This document shows positions 14,980-17,075 of a stretch of 17,075 bases of DNA, one piece after another. Both the position numbers and the translations under genes were made by a program. Where the stretch lies: contig JACQRQ010000269.1 of assembly GCA_016206405.1 (NCBI GenBank), positions 1-17,075 of the forward strand, written 5' to 3'. The DNA is from Elusimicrobiota bacterium. GTDB lineage: Bacteria > Elusimicrobiota > Elusimicrobia > O2-12-FULL-59-9. Position 1 is the first letter of the stretch. Every line of letters begins with the position of its first letter. The notes below the pieces were generated by a model. It had not been told where the DNA came from, made no database searches, and saw nothing but the letters and a program-made list of their open reading frames with translations.

Positions 14980-15272
14980 CGGTCGCGCTCCTTGTAGCCG
15001 TAGAGCCAGCGGGACGCGGTGCTCCCCGCGTTGCGCACCGTGTGGACGGTCTTGGCCGGAATCAGGATCTCTTCGCCGGCCTTCGGCCGCAGCTTCCGCC
15101 CCCGCATCTCCAACTCCACGACGCCTTCAAGAATCATGAAGAGCTCATCCGTCGGGTGGACATAGCCCTCCCAAACCTGCCCCGGCGGATCGGTCCAAAG
15201 CTCGCACGAAAACCCCCGCCCCCGCCAGTCCTTCGCCACCGCCGCCCGATCGACGCCGGTTGGTTCCCTCAT
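14976..15272 (-). CDS. Small cupin-domain protein
   Basis: 98 aa. Cupin motif-2-like AGEEILIPAKTVHTVRN and motif-1 region GYVHPTDELFMILEG. ATG at 15272. Confidence 0.75.
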   Translation of the reverse strand: MREPTGVDRAAVAKDWRGRGFSCELWTDPPGQVWEGYVHPTDELFMILEGVVELEMRGRKLRPKAGEEILIPAKTVHTVRNAGSTASRWLYGYKERDR

Positions 15273-15310
15273 TTTCCAAAGTAGGTCATGACGATGCTTA
15301 TGTGCATGGC

Positions 15311-15339
15311 TTGATATTAACTTATAGACTAAAAGTCAA
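15311..15339 (-). promoter_or_regulatory. Candidate sigma70 promoter for the cupin/DUF2905 operon
   Basis: Minus-strand reading: TTGACT (15339-15334), 17-nt spacer, TATCAA (15316-15311). It sits in an AT-rich intergenic stretch about 40 nt upstream of the ATG at 15272. Confidence 0.3.
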
Positions 15340-15554
15340 TAGTATGGTGATGATTTATGCGGATAAAGCGTTGAAAACGTGCCGTCCAAATCAAGAATGC
15401 CAAAATCTCGATTGTGCAAGACCCCAGCCGCGTTTCCCATGACCCCGCCGATCCCAAGATCCAAAAATGGTTCGCCAGCCAAACGAAGTAACCCCCGCCC
15501 ACCCGCGACTTCATCATTGAAAGTGCGTGTCGGCCGTGAAAAAGGCATGATCAT
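15336..15554 (-). CDS. Doubtful 72-aa ORF translationally coupled to the nucleotidyltransferase gene; may be a gene remnant
   Basis: Its ATG (15554-15552) overlaps the upstream TGA (15553-15551) as ATGA. I recognise no family. G+C falls sharply through its 3' half, and it ends inside the cupin promoter candidate. Confidence 0.2.
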   Translation of the reverse strand: MIMPFSRPTRTFNDEVAGGRGLLRLAGEPFLDLGIGGVMGNAAGVLHNRDFGILDLDGTFSTLYPHKSSPYY

Positions 15555-16396
15555 CCCAACTCTTTCAAAAGGTCTCGGAATGCCTTGAAGGCCTCGCCGC
15601 GGATTTCAGCGGGGACCCGGTCGGGATACTGAAGGGATATCCAGGTCGGGCCAGTGGAGCCCTCTGTGGCGAAGGCGCTATCGAGTTGCTGTTTGAAGGT
15701 CCGATACCAACCGGCCGGGTGTTTCGCCGCGAGCGGCGGGAGCCCCTCAATGACGGCCTTGCGCCATTCTGGGCGCTTCAGAGTTTCGAGAATGTAGGCG
15801 AGATCCTTGCCCCGCTTGTCGTTACCCGAGCGGCGCTCGAAGATCAATCCCTTTGCAAAGGCGAACGCCGGCAAAGTCGGAATTTTGAACTTAAACCGGT
15901 CCCTCTTGCCGGCTAGCGTCTCTCCAATGAGGGATACCGTTTCCGTGTGAGTTAGAACGATGTCCGTGTATCTGAGCGCGGGAACGACAAGCCCGCCTTG
16001 GATCACGACGGAGGTGTCCTCGCCTCTGCCGAACAGCGGCGTTATGAACTCTATGGGAACCTGCACCTTGCCTTTGCGATAGTAGAACTGCGTGACCTGG
16101 AGCTTCTTGCGCCCGAAAGCGGCGAGACCAAAGCCCGAGTCGGCGATCTCCTTATTGAAGCCAGCCTCCTCCATCAGTTCCGCTATTCCCTTGTTGCCTC
16201 GAAGAGGGAGTTGTTGAGCGACCGCCGCGTCCACATCAAATGAGCGCACGGGGATTTCCGGCGTTTCTTCTTTCCAAGCGTAGATCTGCGGCACCCAGCC
16301 GCCGACGATCACGATATCCGAAAGGTAATCGCGAAGCGCATCGAGCGCCGAGAAAAGGACTTGCTTGACGATGGCGGGAGATGCCTTTTCAGGCAC
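15551..16396 (-). CDS. Nucleotidyltransferase-fold protein, AbiEii/DUF1814-like (type IV toxin / abortive infection family)
   Basis: 281 aa. Minimal NTase pattern VIVGGW...(about 20 aa)...SFDVDAAV. Later AFAKGLIFERRSGNDKRGKDLAYILETL resembles the K..A...R....K.RDlyD motif of AbiEii-type proteins. The GTG start forms an 8-nt overlap (GTGCCTGA, 16389-16396) with the upstream wHTH gene. Confidence 0.6.
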   Translation of the reverse strand: MPEKASPAIVKQVLFSALDALRDYLSDIVIVGGWVPQIYAWKEETPEIPVRSFDVDAAVAQQLPLRGNKGIAELMEEAGFNKEIADSGFGLAAFGRKKLQVTQFYYRKGKVQVPIEFITPLFGRGEDTSVVIQGGLVVPALRYTDIVLTHTETVSLIGETLAGKRDRFKFKIPTLPAFAFAKGLIFERRSGNDKRGKDLAYILETLKRPEWRKAVIEGLPPLAAKHPAGWYRTFKQQLDSAFATEGSTGPTWISLQYPDRVPAEIRGEAFKAFRDLLKELG

Positions 16397-17075
16397 GTTT
16401 CCACCTCGGCATGATGACCTGGGATAGGATATGCTCCGCCTGCTCGCGGCCGCGCACAGGGTAACGATAGCAATCCAGGTAAAGCTGCACGTCAGACACT
16501 ACGGGGAGCTTGCGCACCTCCCTGACTCCGAAGGAGCCAGAGTCCGCGTAGTAGGGTTGAACCAAATGAATGGGCCCGACCTCATTGGGGACTAGGCGCA
16601 GGACATTCTGCCACGATCGCCTGAGTTCATCCGCGTTCGGCAGATGGACATGGACCTCATTGAAGACGGCAAATGGAGCGACAAGGGAGGCGCCGGCCAT
16701 GGAGGTCAATGCCCATCGTCCTGGAAGCTCGGCGCGCGCATTGGAGAGCAGCTTGAGGATTTTTTCCGCGTCGGTCTTTTTGGCCGGTGAGTAGCGATAG
16801 TCCTTAAGCGCTTTGATGGCATACCAAGCCGCCCAGTCTCGCAGGAGTTGAGCCGGTTCAAGAATCCGGGCCTCCGCCGTGCTCTCCCGCGAGGCATAGC
16901 CAATGCGTTCAAGCCTTCGCAAGGCCAAGATCGCGAGCGCTGGGCTCGCTCCCGCCATCCTCGCCAGCTCTCGAATCCCCCAGGGCTTCGTCGGATTGGA
17001 TAGGGCGACGCGCAGCAGCATTGAAGCGCTGTCGGCGAACGGGTTGCGTTCTTGGAGGAGCTGCTGTTTAGGCAT
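16389..17075 (-). CDS. Winged-HTH protein, AbiEi-like antitoxin/transcriptional regulator; start at or beyond the window edge
   Basis: N-terminal wHTH: PWGIRELARMAGASPALAILALRRLERIGYASRE. The C-terminal domain ends DVQLYLDCYRYPVRGREQAEHIL, as in AbiEi-type partners. An ATG occupies the last three window bases (17073-17075), so the true start cannot be confirmed. Confidence 0.55.
   Translation of the reverse strand: MPKQQLLQERNPFADSASMLLRVALSNPTKPWGIRELARMAGASPALAILALRRLERIGYASRESTAEARILEPAQLLRDWAAWYAIKALKDYRYSPAKKTDAEKILKLLSNARAELPGRWALTSMAGASLVAPFAVFNEVHVHLPNADELRRSWQNVLRLVPNEVGPIHLVQPYYADSGSFGVREVRKLPVVSDVQLYLDCYRYPVRGREQAEHILSQVIMPRWKRA

Overview
GC-rich bacterial chromosomal window with 14 well-supported protein genes and no rRNA, tRNA, CRISPR array or transposase. 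The ORF track opens some ORFs at TTG or GTG, so I re-trimmed several starts by reading the codons. Left to right: (1) a non-coding left end (1-668) holding a perfect 22-bp tandem repeat, an AT-richer stretch, and a GC-rich structured segment closed by a plus-strand intrinsic terminator. (2) An 883-aa polytopic CPBP (CAAX/Abi-type) intramembrane protease with an N-terminal HEAT-repeat exodomain (minus). (3) A DusB-type tRNA-dihydrouridine synthase and an orphan sensor histidine kinase with a TM-sensor-TM-HAMP-PAS-HisKA-HATPase layout (plus). (4) The standout: a tightly coupled minus-strand operon encoding a chimeric membrane protein, then MotA, then MotB. The chimera joins a reduced FliF-like periplasmic region and one TM to FliG middle and C-terminal (torque-generating) domains. 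No other flagellar gene lies in the window. I read this as an orphan minimal rotor-stator module and the best candidate for an undescribed system. (5) A plus-strand cluster of glutamine-synthetase-like ligase, SDR, aldehyde dehydrogenase and NupC-family transporter, which looks like a gamma-glutamylation type amine catabolic operon. (6) A cupin plus DUF2905 pair (minus). (7) After an AT-rich break, an AbiEi-like wHTH plus AbiEii/DUF1814-like nucleotidyltransferase pair (type IV TA / abortive-infection-like) that runs to the right edge. All calls rest on reading the translations and nucleotides; no database search was possible.
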